Shown here piece by piece: positions 1-11,120 of a DNA stretch of 64,000 nucleotides. Where the stretch lies: positions 17,174,001-17,238,000 of the forward strand of contig CATNEN010000039.1 in NCBI GenBank assembly GCA_950097015.1, given 5' to 3'. The notes beneath the pieces are model-generated. The model was not told the origin of the DNA. It did no database searches and was given only the letters and a program-made list of their open reading frames with translations. The stretch's first letter is position 1. Every line of letters starts with the position of its first letter. A program made the translations under genes and the position numbers. The stretch comes from Macrostomum hystrix. Taxonomy: Eukaryota > Animalia > Platyhelminthes.

Positions 1-632
1 CCTGTCTAACACCCTGTATAACACCCGGTCTAACACCCCTGTCTAACACCCTGTCTAACACCCTGTCTAACATCCCCGTCTAACACACTGTCTAACACCC
101 TGTCTAACACACTGTCTAACAACCTGTCTAACACCCTGTTTAACACGCTGTCTAACAACCTGTCTAACACCCTGTCTAACACACTGTCTAACAACCTGTC
201 TAACACCCTGTCTAACACACTGTCTAACAACCTGTCTAACACCCTGTATAACACCCGGTCTAACACCCCTGTCTAACACCCTGTCTAACACCCTGTCTAA
301 CATCCCCGTCTAACACACTGTCTAACACCCTGTCTAACACACTGTCTAACAACCTGTCTAACACCCTGTTTAACACGCTGTCTAACAACCTGTCTAACAC
401 CCTGTCTAACACCATGTCTAACACTCTGTCTAACAACCTGTCTAACACACTGTCTAACAACCTGTCTAACACCCTGTTTAACACGCTGTCTAACACCCTG
501 TGTAACACCCTGTGTAACACCCTGTCTAACAACCTGTCTAACAACCTGTCTAGCACCCTGTCTAACAACCTGTCTGGCACCCTGTCTAACACACTGTTTA
601 ACACGCTGTCTAACAACCTGTCTAACACCCCT
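1..632. repeat. 12-bp minisatellite (CCCTGTCTAACA) with 230-bp higher-order duplication
   Basis: Direct inspection; the variant block at position 1 recurs at 231. Confidence 0.95.
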
Positions 633-1120
633 GTTTTTAAATAAAAAAGATAATGTAGTCTGCAATGAGATTTTTCTGCCAACACCTGCCACGCAATACC
701 TTGCCAAAATCACAGTTTTCTGTTGCGCATTAATTTTTTAGCAATTTTTATCTGAGCATCTATTTTAAGAGGAGCCCATTGTCTGCTGCCTAGCTCTAAG
801 AGACATAAAAGGAAAAAGATTTTCGTTCTGTTTCTGGCCAACCGTATCAGCGCGCAATTTTTTTAATAGAAAATTTTTTAATTTAAAATTTACAGCGAAA
901 AAGCATGACGAAAAATGAATTATTAAATTTAAAATCTGGAATTGAAAACGTTTTTCCGATTTTCAATTTTAACACAGCTGTGAAGGCTTTGGCAATAAAT
1001 CAGCTCAAAGCCAGGGCGACTATTGCGAAGGATCGAAAATAAAATTCTGCGAGATCCCAGTTCAGATTCCCAGTTATAGGATACAAATCATATTTCCAGG
1101 TTATTTGGCATTCAGACTCC

Positions 1121-1830
1121 AATTCAAAAGATTCAGATCCCAACTCAAAGGATTCAAATCCCAACTCAAAGGATTCAGATCCCAACTCAAAAGATTCAGA
1201 TCCCAACTCAAAGGATTCAGATCCCAACTCAAAGGATTCAGATCCCAACTCAAAGGATTCAGATCCCAACTCAAAAGATTCAGATCCCAACTCAAAAGAT
1301 TCAGATCCCAACTCAAAGGATTCAGATCCCAACTTAAAGATTCAGATCCCAACTCAAAGGATTCAGATCCCAACTCAAAGGATTCAGATCCCAACTCAAA
1401 AGATTCAGATCCCAACTCAAAGGATTCAGATCCCAACTCAAAAGATTCAGATCCCAACTCAAAGGATTCAGATCCCAACTCAAAGGATTCAAATCCCAAC
1501 TCAAAGATTCAGATCCCAACTCAAAGGATTCAGATCCCAACTCAAAAGATTCAGATCCCAACTCAAAAGATTCAGATCCCAACTCAAAAGATTCAGATCC
1601 CAATTCAAAGATTCAGATCCCAACTCAAAGGATTCAAATCCCAACTCAAAGGATTCAGATCCCAACTCAAAGGATTCAGACCCCAACTCAAAAGATTCAG
1701 ATCCCAACTCAAAGGATTCAGATCCCAACTCAAAGGATTCAGATCCCAACTCAAAGGATTCAGATCCCAACTCAAAGGATTCAGATCCCAACTCAAAGGA
1801 CTCATATAGCAACTCAGAGGATTCAGATCT
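1121..1830. repeat. 21-bp minisatellite (AAAGGATTCAGATCCCAACTC), DAT intron
   Basis: Direct inspection. Confidence 0.95.
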
Positions 1831-1897
1831 TCAATTTTAAGGACTTAAATTAAAAATCCCAACCGCAACCGTTGTCAACCGCACTTTTTCCCCGCAG

Positions 1898-4800
1898 TTC
1901 GGCGGCTCTGAGGCGATCATCACGGGCATCAGCGATGAGTTCCCGGTGTTTCGCAGAAACCGGGAGCTGTTTATTCTGGTTCTGTTCGCATTTTACTACG
2001 CCGTCGGCCTGACGGAAGTCACGCAGGGTGGCATCTTTGTGCTCAACTTGTTGGAGCGATACTCCGTGCAGTATTCGATTCTGCTGGCCGTGCTATTTGA
2101 GACCGTGTGCATCTCGTGGATTTATGGTAGTTGAAGATTGTTTAACATTTAATGAGCATTCAATGAGCACTAGGAGAAATTTTAAATGCAGTATTTTATT
2201 AATAATACTGTTATAGTTTTTAGTTTTTTTTGTTTTTCTATTTATGCCTCGACATTTAAATTTGTTAGATTTATTGTTCCATTGTTCGATCGATTAATTT
2301 ATTATTAGCTCGTTGTGTCTAGCCGAGCTGATTGACTGTTTGTTGGTTCTTTGTTTGTTTGATCAATTAGTTGATTAGTTGATTAGTTGATTGGTTGATT
2401 GGTTGATTGGTTGATTGGTTGATTAGTTGATTGGTTGATTAGTTCATGGGTAATTTGGTTGATTGGTTGATTGGTTAATTGGTTGATTGGTTGATTGGTT
2501 GATTGGTTGATTGGTTAATTGGTTGATTGGTTGATTGGTTGATTGGTTAATTGGTTGATTGGTTAATTGGTTGATTGGTTGATTGGTTGATTGGTTGATT
2601 GGTTAATTGGTTGATTGGTTGATTGGTTAATTGGTTAATTGGTTAATTGGTTGATTGGTTAATTGGTTGATTGGTTGATTGGTTGATTGGTTGATTGGTT
2701 AATTGGTTGATTGGTTGATTGGTTAATTGGTTGATTGGTTAATTGGTTGATTGGTTGATTGGTTGATTGGTTGATTGGTTAATTGGTTGATTGGTTGATT
2801 GGTTAATTGGTTAATTGGTTAATTGGTTGATTGGTTAATTGGTTGATTGGTTGATTGGTTGATTGGTTGATTGGTTAATTGGTTGATTGGTTGATTGGTT
2901 AATTGGTTGATTGGTTAATTGGTTGATTGGTTGATTGGTTGATTGGTTGATTGGTTAATTGGTTGATTGGTTGATTGGTTAATTGGTTAATTGGTTAATT
3001 GGTTGATTGGTTAATTGGTTGATTGGTTGATTGGTTGATTGGTTGATTGGTTAATTGGTTGATTGGTTGATTGGCTGATTGATTGGTTGATAGGTTGATT
3101 AGTTGATATGTTGATTGGTTGATAGGTTGATTAGTTGATATGTTGATAGGTTGATTGGTTGATTGGTTAGTTGATTGTTTGATTAGTTGATTGGTTGATA
3201 GGTTGATTAGTTGATAGGTTGATTGGTTGATTAATTGTTCGTTTTCGTCGATCAAATCACCTGGTTTGATTGATTAATTATTAGTTTCGCTTGCTGACTA
3301 ATTTCTGATAGGTTGATAGGTTGATTTATCAAATTGACAGTTTGGTTGACAAACGACAAATCACACCTGTTTTGTCTAATCGGCTAATTACTAAATGCTC
3401 GTATTTTCCAGGTGTAGATGAATTCCGCGAAAATATTCGCGAGATGACCGGCTTTCTGCCCGGCATGTACTGGAAACTCTGCTGGAAATTCCTGGCCCCA
3501 GTATTTATAATTGTAAGCTAAACTAATAAATAAAAAAACTAATGAAATAATTTTCATCAAGACTACTTCAAGTAGTGCAGAACAGACTAAGTAATACAAG
3601 TGAATATTATATTATCTCAATTGACACAGTTCAACATCTCGTTTGGTCTCTACCAACACGAGCCATTGAGTCTTGGAGCCTACAAATACCCGGTTTGGGC
3701 TAACGTGATTGGCTGGATGCTGGCTGCTTCATCAATTGCCTGGATACCTGGGGTGGCGGCTGTTCAACTTTGCCTCACGCCTGGCACCTTCACAGAGGTG
3801 GGCAAGCTGCATGGGAGTTTAAATAGCCAGATAAATGCTGGAAATATGGGTCAGGGTGGACTCAGGTAGCTTGGAAAGATGGGTCAGGGTGGACTCAGGC
3901 AGCTAGGAAAGATGGGTCAGGGTGGACTCAGGTAGTTAGGGAAGATGGGTCAAGGTGGACTCAGGTAGTTAGGGAAGATGGGTCAAGGTGGACTCAGGTA
4001 GCTAGGAGAGGTGGGTCAGGGTGGACTCAGGTAGCTAGGAAAGATGGGTCACGGTAGACTCAGGTAGCTAGGAAAGATGGGTCAGGGTGGACTCAGGTAG
4101 TTCGGGAAGATGGGTCAAGGTGGACTCAGGTAGCTAGGAGAGGTGGGTCAGGGTGGACTCAGGTAGCTAGGAAAGATGGGTCAGGGTGGACTCAGGTAGC
4201 TAGAAAAGATGGGTCAGGGTAGACTCAGGTAGCTTGGAAAGATGGGTCAGGGTGGACTCTGGTAGTTAGGAAAGATGGGTCAGGGTGGATTCAGGCAGCT
4301 AGGAGAGGTGGGTCAGGGTGGACTCAGGTAGTTAGGAAAGATGGGTCAGGGTGTACTCAGGTAGTTAGGGAAGATGGGTCAAGGTGGACTCAGGTAGTTA
4401 GGGAAGATGGGTCAGGGTGGACTCAGGTAGTTAGGAGAGGTGGGTCAGGGTGGACTCAGGTAGCTAGGAAAGATGGGTCAGGGTAGACTCAGGTAGCTAG
4501 GAAAGATGGGTCAGGGTGGATTCAGGCAGCTAGGAGAGGTGGGTCAGGGTGGACTCTGGTAGCTAGGAAAGATGGGTCAGGGTGTACTCAGGTAGTTAGG
4601 GAAGATGGGTCAGGGTGGACTCAGGTAGCTAGGAAAGATGGGTCAGGGTGGATTCAGGCAGCTAGGAAAGATGGGTCAGGGTAGACTCAGGTAGCTTGGA
4701 AAGATGGGTCAGGGTAGACTCAGGTAGCTTGGAAAGATGGGTCAGGGTGGACTCTGGTAGTTAGGAAAGATGGGTCAGGGTGGATTCAGGCAGCTAGGAG

Positions 4801-5179
4801 AGGTGGGTCAGGGTGGACTCAGGTAGCTAGGAAAGATGGGTCAGGGTGGACTCAGGTAGCTAGGAAAGATGGGTCAGGGTGGACTCTGGTCGTTAGGAAA
4901 ATGGGTCAGGGTTGACTCAAGTAACAATCAGACACCAAATGGTATGAGATTTACTCAGAGAAAATTTTTTTGTTGAGTTTCTGAAATACAGCAATCTCGC
5001 CAACAATTTTCCAATCTAACATTGAGCAGCGGCTGCGATTTCTGCTCAAGCCGCAGCTGGGAACTGCTCAGCAGGTAATTGGCAGCCAACAGCGAGCGAA
5101 GGTTGCTGACACGGAGGAGGCGATAGCGGAGGCGCTGTTAGCCGCAGATTTCGGACAGTTGAAAGAGGTCGCGGTGTAG
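1898..5179 (+). CDS. DAT: Na+/Cl- dependent dopamine transporter (SLC6), last four coding exons; 5' part lies outside the window
   Basis: Exons 1898-2126, 3412-3512, 3630-3797 and 5030-5179, all GT-AG and frame-consistent. Translation [25 protein letters not shown]...[13 protein letters not shown]...[31 protein letters not shown]...[12 protein letters not shown] covers TM8-12 of an SLC6. FGGSEAIIT and RNRELF are typical of invertebrate DATs. Confidence 0.9.
2364..3235. repeat. 8-bp satellite (GATTGGTT/AATTGGTT), DAT intron
   Basis: Direct inspection. Confidence 0.95.
3845..4920. repeat. 33-bp minisatellite (GATGGGTCAGGGTGGACTCAGGTAGCTAGGAAA), last DAT intron
   Basis: Direct inspection. Confidence 0.95.
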
Positions 5180-5504
5180 AATCGGTCCATGAACTGAACA
5201 GTTGAATACAGTCTTTAGACACTATACCACACCTGCTATGTGTCATTTTCTATATTTTGTCTATCTTTCTGTGTGTACATTCCAACAAAAATATCAACAT
5301 TATTTTTTCTAGGCTATTAAATGTGCCTTTTTTCATTCTTGTTATCAGCAGAGTTTTCTATGGTTTTAAAGTACACGCGTTTGTCAAGTATAATTAAATT
5401 TATAATTCATTAGTGCTGTGAACCGTCGTTGTGATAGAAAAAAAATGTTTTGTTCTAGCATATAATTTGTGTGAAAGTGAAAAACAAGTTGTCTAATTTT
5501 ATTT

Positions 5505-6120
5505 TACTGTCTAACAGTCACCTGTCTAACAGTGTTAGACACTTACAGTCACCTGTTAGACACAATCAGTCACCTATTAGACACTATCAGTCACCCGTTA
5601 GACACTATCAGTCACCTGTTAGACACTATCAATCACCTGTTAGACACTATCAGTCACCTGTTAGACACTATCAGTCACCTGTTAGACACTATCAATCACC
5701 TGTTAGACACTATCAATCACCTGTTAGACAGTATCAGTCCCTGTTACACACTTACAGTCACCTGTTAGACACTATCAGTCACCTGTTAGACACTATCAGT
5801 CACCTGTTAGACAGTATCAGTCACCTGTTAGACACTATCAATCACCTGTTAGACACTATCAGTCACCCGTTAGACACTATCAGTCACCTGTTAGACACTA
5901 TCAATCACCTGTTAGACACTATCAGTCACCTGTTAGACACTATCAGTCACCTGTTAGACACTATCAATCACCTGTTAGACACTATCAGTCACCTGTTAGA
6001 CAGTATCAGTCCCTGTTACACACTTACAGTCAGCTGTTAGACACAATCAGTCACCTGTTAGACACTATCAGTCACCTGTTAGACACTATCAGTCACCTGT
6101 TAGACACTATCAGTCACCTG
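5505..6120. repeat. 21-bp minisatellite (CACCTGTTAGACACTATCAGT)
   Basis: Direct inspection. Confidence 0.95.
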
Positions 6121-6539
6121 TTTATCCTAGGAATAGACATTATTAAAAGATTAGGAAGGACTATTGAATTGAATGAATTAATAAGCAGGTGATTTAAAGA
6201 ACAAATTTTTGTTTTATTGATGGCGGGGCTTATATTTGATGAATTATTGTTGTGAAATAATTCAAAAAATATTTTTAGTTTTTTTTCTATTTTTTCGAAA
6301 CAGTTTTTTACAACAATTACAAACAGCATTAAAATAGTTAACTACAGATGCAACTTCACCACAAAATAATAGTCTAATTCAGACTTTAAAACGATATGAT
6401 ATCGAAAAACTATAAGCAGAAAAACACCAAACATTTTGCATTGCAGTATTCTTAGAAAAATCTTTAAAATATGTGCTTCGTTAATTAGTAATTACTTAGT
6501 TATTAATTAACATGCTTCGTTAATTAGTTGGTAAAGTGG

Positions 6540-7450
6540 TAAGTTGGTCAGGTAGCTAATTGATCAGGTAGTTAATTGGTCAGGTAGTTCATTGGTCAGG
6601 TAGTTAATTGGTCAGGCAGTTAATTGGTCAGGTAGTTAATTGGTCAGGCATTTAATTGGTCAGGTAGTTAATTGGTCAGGTAGCTAATTGGTCAGGTAGC
6701 TAATTGGTCAGGTAGTTAATTGGTCAGGTAGTTAATTGGTCAGGTAGTTAATTGGTCAGGTAGTTAATTGGTCAGGTAGTTAATTGGTCAGGTAGCTAAT
6801 TGATCAGGTAGTTAATTGGTCAGGTAGTTAATTGGTCAGGCAGTTAGTTGGTCAGGTAGTTAGTTAGTCAGGTGGTTAATTGGTCAGGTAGTTAATTGGT
6901 CAGGTAGTTAATTGGTCAGGTAGTTAATTGGTCAGGTAGTTAATTGGTCAGGTAGTTAATTGGTCAGGTAGTTAATTGGTCAGGTAGTTAATTGGTCAGG
7001 TAGCTAATTGATCAGGTAGTTAGTTGGTCAGGTAGTTAATTGGTCAGGCAGTTAGTTGGTCAGGTAGTTAGTTAGTCAGGTGGTTAATTGGTCAGGTAGC
7101 TAATTGATCAGGTAGTTAATTGGTCAGGTAGTTAATTGGTCAGGCAGTTAGTTGGTCAGGTAGTTAGTTAGTCAGGTGGTTAATTGGTCAGGTAGTTAAT
7201 TGGTCAGGTAGTTCATTGGTCAGGTAGTTAATTGGTGAGGCAGTTAATTGGTCAGGTAGTTAATTGGTCAGGCAGTTAATTGGTCAGGTAGTTAATTGGT
7301 CAGGTAGTTAATTGGTCAGGTGGTCAGTTGGTCAGGTAATTAGTTGATCAGGTGGTAATTTGGTCAAGTAGTTTGTTGGTCAGGTGTTTAATTGGTCAGT
7401 TGGTTGGTTGATCAGGTAGTTAATTGGTCAGGTGGTTGGTTGGTCAGTTG
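6540..7450. repeat. 16-bp minisatellite (AATTGGTCAGGTAGTT)
   Basis: Direct inspection. Confidence 0.95.
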
Positions 7451-7751
7451 ATTATTTTTTGTTCGTATTATTACTAGACTATACTAAATCAATAGACATA
7501 TTTGACATTCGAGGTACGAGTAAGTGATTAAGTTTCAGCGAAATTCGATCTTGCTGATTGGTTGAAAAACATGATCGCTTAATAAGCATGCCGTCAAGTC
7601 AAGCCTGTTACCATTCTAGTTTACACATTTTGGAATTCGAATTGGGGCAAAGCCGGTCTCAAGTTAGATTCAGAGAAGGAACTGTTTATCTCGACAATGT
7701 GTGAGTCCGTTTTTGAGTCTTGAGTCAATTATGTGGCAGATCTTGCCTCTT

Positions 7752-10270
7752 CTAAAAGCAGTGCAGCGAAGCTATTCGCTTGCCGGCCTCGGCCGTGGCG
7801 GCCGCAGCCGCAGCGTCCGCGGCAGCCCCCGGCATGGCTTCGACCAGGCTATCGCCTCGGCGGAACCCGCCGACACCGTCCAGATCAGCCGCTGCTGCCG
7901 ACGGATCGACCAAAGCCAAGGCCAGATTGTCGGCCTGTCCCCAGCTTGGCAGGCGTAGGCCCATCTTGGTTGCTATGGAGACCGGGATCACCCGGCCGGC
8001 CAGGTAGTGACGCCGGCCGGAGAAGTCTAGCGAGCAGCGCTTCGGCAGGAACAGCGAAATCAGCGAGTCCGGCCTGAGCTGCTGCGATTGGCTGGCGCTG
8101 GGCGGCCTGTCTGCCTCCCAGCCTGCGATTTGGGGTTGGATTAGTCGTGAGTTTTATGATGAATAGTTAACTTTGCCTAGTGAATTTTCCGATTCTAATT
8201 TAGCTTGCTTTTATATATATGCGCTGGGTGGAATTCCTGTTCTATTTTTAGCTCAGTTACATATTTGTACAGGCGGGATTTCCGATTCTTTTTTTAGCTC
8301 AGTAATATACTTGCACAGGCAAGGAATTTCCTGTTCTATTTTTAGCTCGGTATTATATTTGTATAGGTGGGGAATTTCCTGTTCTATTTTTAGCTCGGTA
8401 ATATATTTGTATATGTTGGGAATTTCCTGTTCTATTTTTAGCTCGGTAATATATTTATTTAGGCGGGGCATTTCCATTCTATTTTTAGCTCAGCTTAAAT
8501 CGACATGTGGTAGATTCTCCAATCATATCTCCGCCTAGACTGCTGAAGTTAGGGATGAGTTTATCATCTATTTTTGCTGCTGCTATTTAGCTCCATATAG
8601 TCATTGGGCTATAAGTAAATTCGATAAGTTTATAAGGTGTCAGCTCATTTGGTTTCCCTCACCGCTGGGTACATCGATGCTGACGATGGGCACGGTGGTG
8701 TCGCACAGTTTGCCAAACACATCGGCCAGATCCGGCTTCACCGGAGCCTGGAAGCTGAAGCCAAACAGGGCGTCAACAATGAGACTGTAATTGTGCTGCA
8801 GCACCTGGACGTCGCCCGGCATGTAGCTGAGGAAAGGAATGTCCAGCTTCTCGCACTGGTTTAGCAGCAGACGATAAGCTGGCTTTGTTGGCGTTTTCGG
8901 ATAGAATACTGTCAGCTTGTAGCCCTGGGTTGGGGGATTCGGAGTCAAATTGTCTGACGCTTCACGTTTATTATAATCGTTTTTTATTAACTTTCCTACT
9001 TTAGGTAGTTTGTTCAGTAGTTTGAGGACCATAATAATCGAAAACTAACAGCGTGGCAGCATCGACGATACGCATCAAAAAGAAAAATAATATAATGAAA
9101 TTATAAAAAAAAATAAAAGGAAATGTCATCACTGCCTTCCGATATGTAAAGAAAACTATGAATATCACGTGAAAAATGTTATGCACCTATTATTTAGGAT
9201 AATTATAAGATCAACAACGGAAAAACGTAAGAATATATTTAGACGTATGTTTATATACAAAAAATACAGAAAAATACTGAAATCTGAGTTGACCGATATG
9301 TATAGAAAAATCTAGAAATCTAGAAATCTGAGTTGACCGATATGTGTTTAAAAATTTAGAATCTAAGTTGACCGATATGTATAGAAAAACGCGAGCTTAC
9401 GAAGATCTTAAGATACTTGGCGCAGGCCAGTCCAAAGCCGCCGTTGTCGCCGGGGCCGCAGCAGACCAGAGCGGCGCCGTCTCTGGCCAGTGCTTCTCGC
9501 GAGTACAACCGACCGAAGGCCAGAGCGGCTGCCAGGCCGCCGTGCTCAAGCAGCTGCTCAAGGGTCATGCCCAGTTCGCCCGTCAGGTCGGCGAACAGCT
9601 GCTCAGCCTGGCTCCGGCTGAGAATATTTTCAGCATTATCCCCACTCATTATCCCATCTTGTCGTCCGATCAACTTATACATCTGAATATTCAATCTCAT
9701 GATCCCATCTCCCATCCCATCACCCATCCCATCTCCCATCCCATCTCCCATCCCATCTCCCATCCCATCTCCCATCCCATCTCCCATCCCATCTCCCATC
9801 CCATCTCCCATCCCATCTCCCATCCCATCTCCCACCCCATCTCCCATCCCATGTCTTATCCCATTTAATGATTCCAATTTATGATCTCATCACCATTTCC
9901 TCAGCTATTATCCGATATCCTAATCCCATTTCTTAATCCCATCTCTATATACAATCTCTTTAATTCCATCTCATTATCCCATCCCTTAACACAAAAAATC
10001 AACCCGATTCAACAACCCAAGTCACTATCACATCTCTTTGTCCCGTTGTACTCTGACTCACGTAATGAAGGAGCACTTTTGCGTGAGATCTTCAGCTGAG
10101 TCCCGTTTCGAGGCAGACTTTTGTGGCTTCTTACGAAAGCTGAAACGAAAACGCGCTGAAGTGTTGCCGCTGGCTGGCTGCTGCTGCTGCTGCTGCTGCT
10201 GATTAGAAAACTGCCTCGCCAAATAACCACTAGTTAAACTGTCTCCCGCTGCTTGTTCCGGATCACTCAT
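7752..10270 (-). CDS. NAXE: YjeF N-terminal domain protein, NAD(P)HX epimerase (NAXE/AIBP) or YJEFN3-like, ~352 aa, divergent active site
   Basis: Exons 10270-10062, 9617-9401, 8924-8663 and 8122-7752 (1059 nt, GT-AG, in frame). Motifs [44 protein letters not shown] and HYLAGR match the NAXE family. Confidence 0.85.
8228..8495. repeat. Diverged 48-bp tandem repeat, NAXE intron 3
   Basis: ggaatttcctgttctatttttagctc recurs at 8323, 8371 and 8419. Confidence 0.85.
9700..9850. repeat. 12-bp repeat (CCATCCCATCTC), NAXE intron 1
   Basis: Direct inspection. Confidence 0.9.
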
Positions 10271-10419
10271 GACCTGGGAAAATTGATTTTGAACTTACTC
10301 TTACATTATTTGATTCAATATTTAGAGAATAAGTTGAGATTTCGCTCTCTAAGCAGATTTTGTCTTTTTACTTGAGTAGGACTCAGTACAAGCGTATGTA
10401 ATCTGAGTTTTGGACTAAG

Positions 10420-11120
10420 ATTTGAGTAGGTTTTAGTCTGTAATCTGAGTAGGTTTTAGTCTGTTATCTGAGTAGGTTTTAGTCTGTAATCTGAGTAGGT
10501 TTTAGTCTGTAATCTGAGTAGGTTTTAGTCTGTAATCTGAGTAGGTTTCAGTCTGTAATCTGAGTAGGTTTTAGTCTGTAATCTGAGTAGGTTTTAGTCT
10601 GTAATCTGAGTAGGTTTCAGTCTGTAATCTGAGTAGGTTTTAGTCTGTAATCTGAGTAGGTTTTAGTCTGTAATCTGAGTAGGTTTTAGTCTGTAATCTG
10701 AGTAGGTTTTAGTCTGTAATCTAAACTGGTTTTAATCTGTAATCTAAACTGGTTTTAGTCTGTAATCTGAGTAGGTTTTAGTCTGTAATCTGGGTAGGTT
10801 TTAGTCTGTAATCTAAACTGGTTTTTGTCTGTAATCTGAGTAGGTTTTAGTCTGTAATCTGAGTAGGTTTTAGTCTGTAATCTGAGTAGGTTTTAGTCTG
10901 TAATCTGAGTAGGTTTTAGTCTGCAATCTGAGTAGGTTTTAGTCTGTAATCTAAACTGGTTTTAATCTGTAATCTAAACTGGTTTTAGTCTGTAATCTGA
11001 GTAGGTTTTAGTCTGTAATCTGAGTAGGTTTTAGTCTGTAATCTAAACTGGTTTTTGTCTGTAATCTGAGTAGGTTTTAGTCTGTAATCTGAGTAGGTTT
11101 TAGTCTGTAATCTGAGTAGG
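10420..11120. repeat. 23-bp minisatellite type 1 (GAGTAGGTTTTAGTCTGTAATCT)
   Basis: Direct inspection. Confidence 0.95.

Noticed and set aside
1121-4920. Parallel with the functional VNTRs of human DAT1/SLC6A3
   Set aside because: Most genes in this window have intronic arrays, so VNTRs in DAT are not special here.
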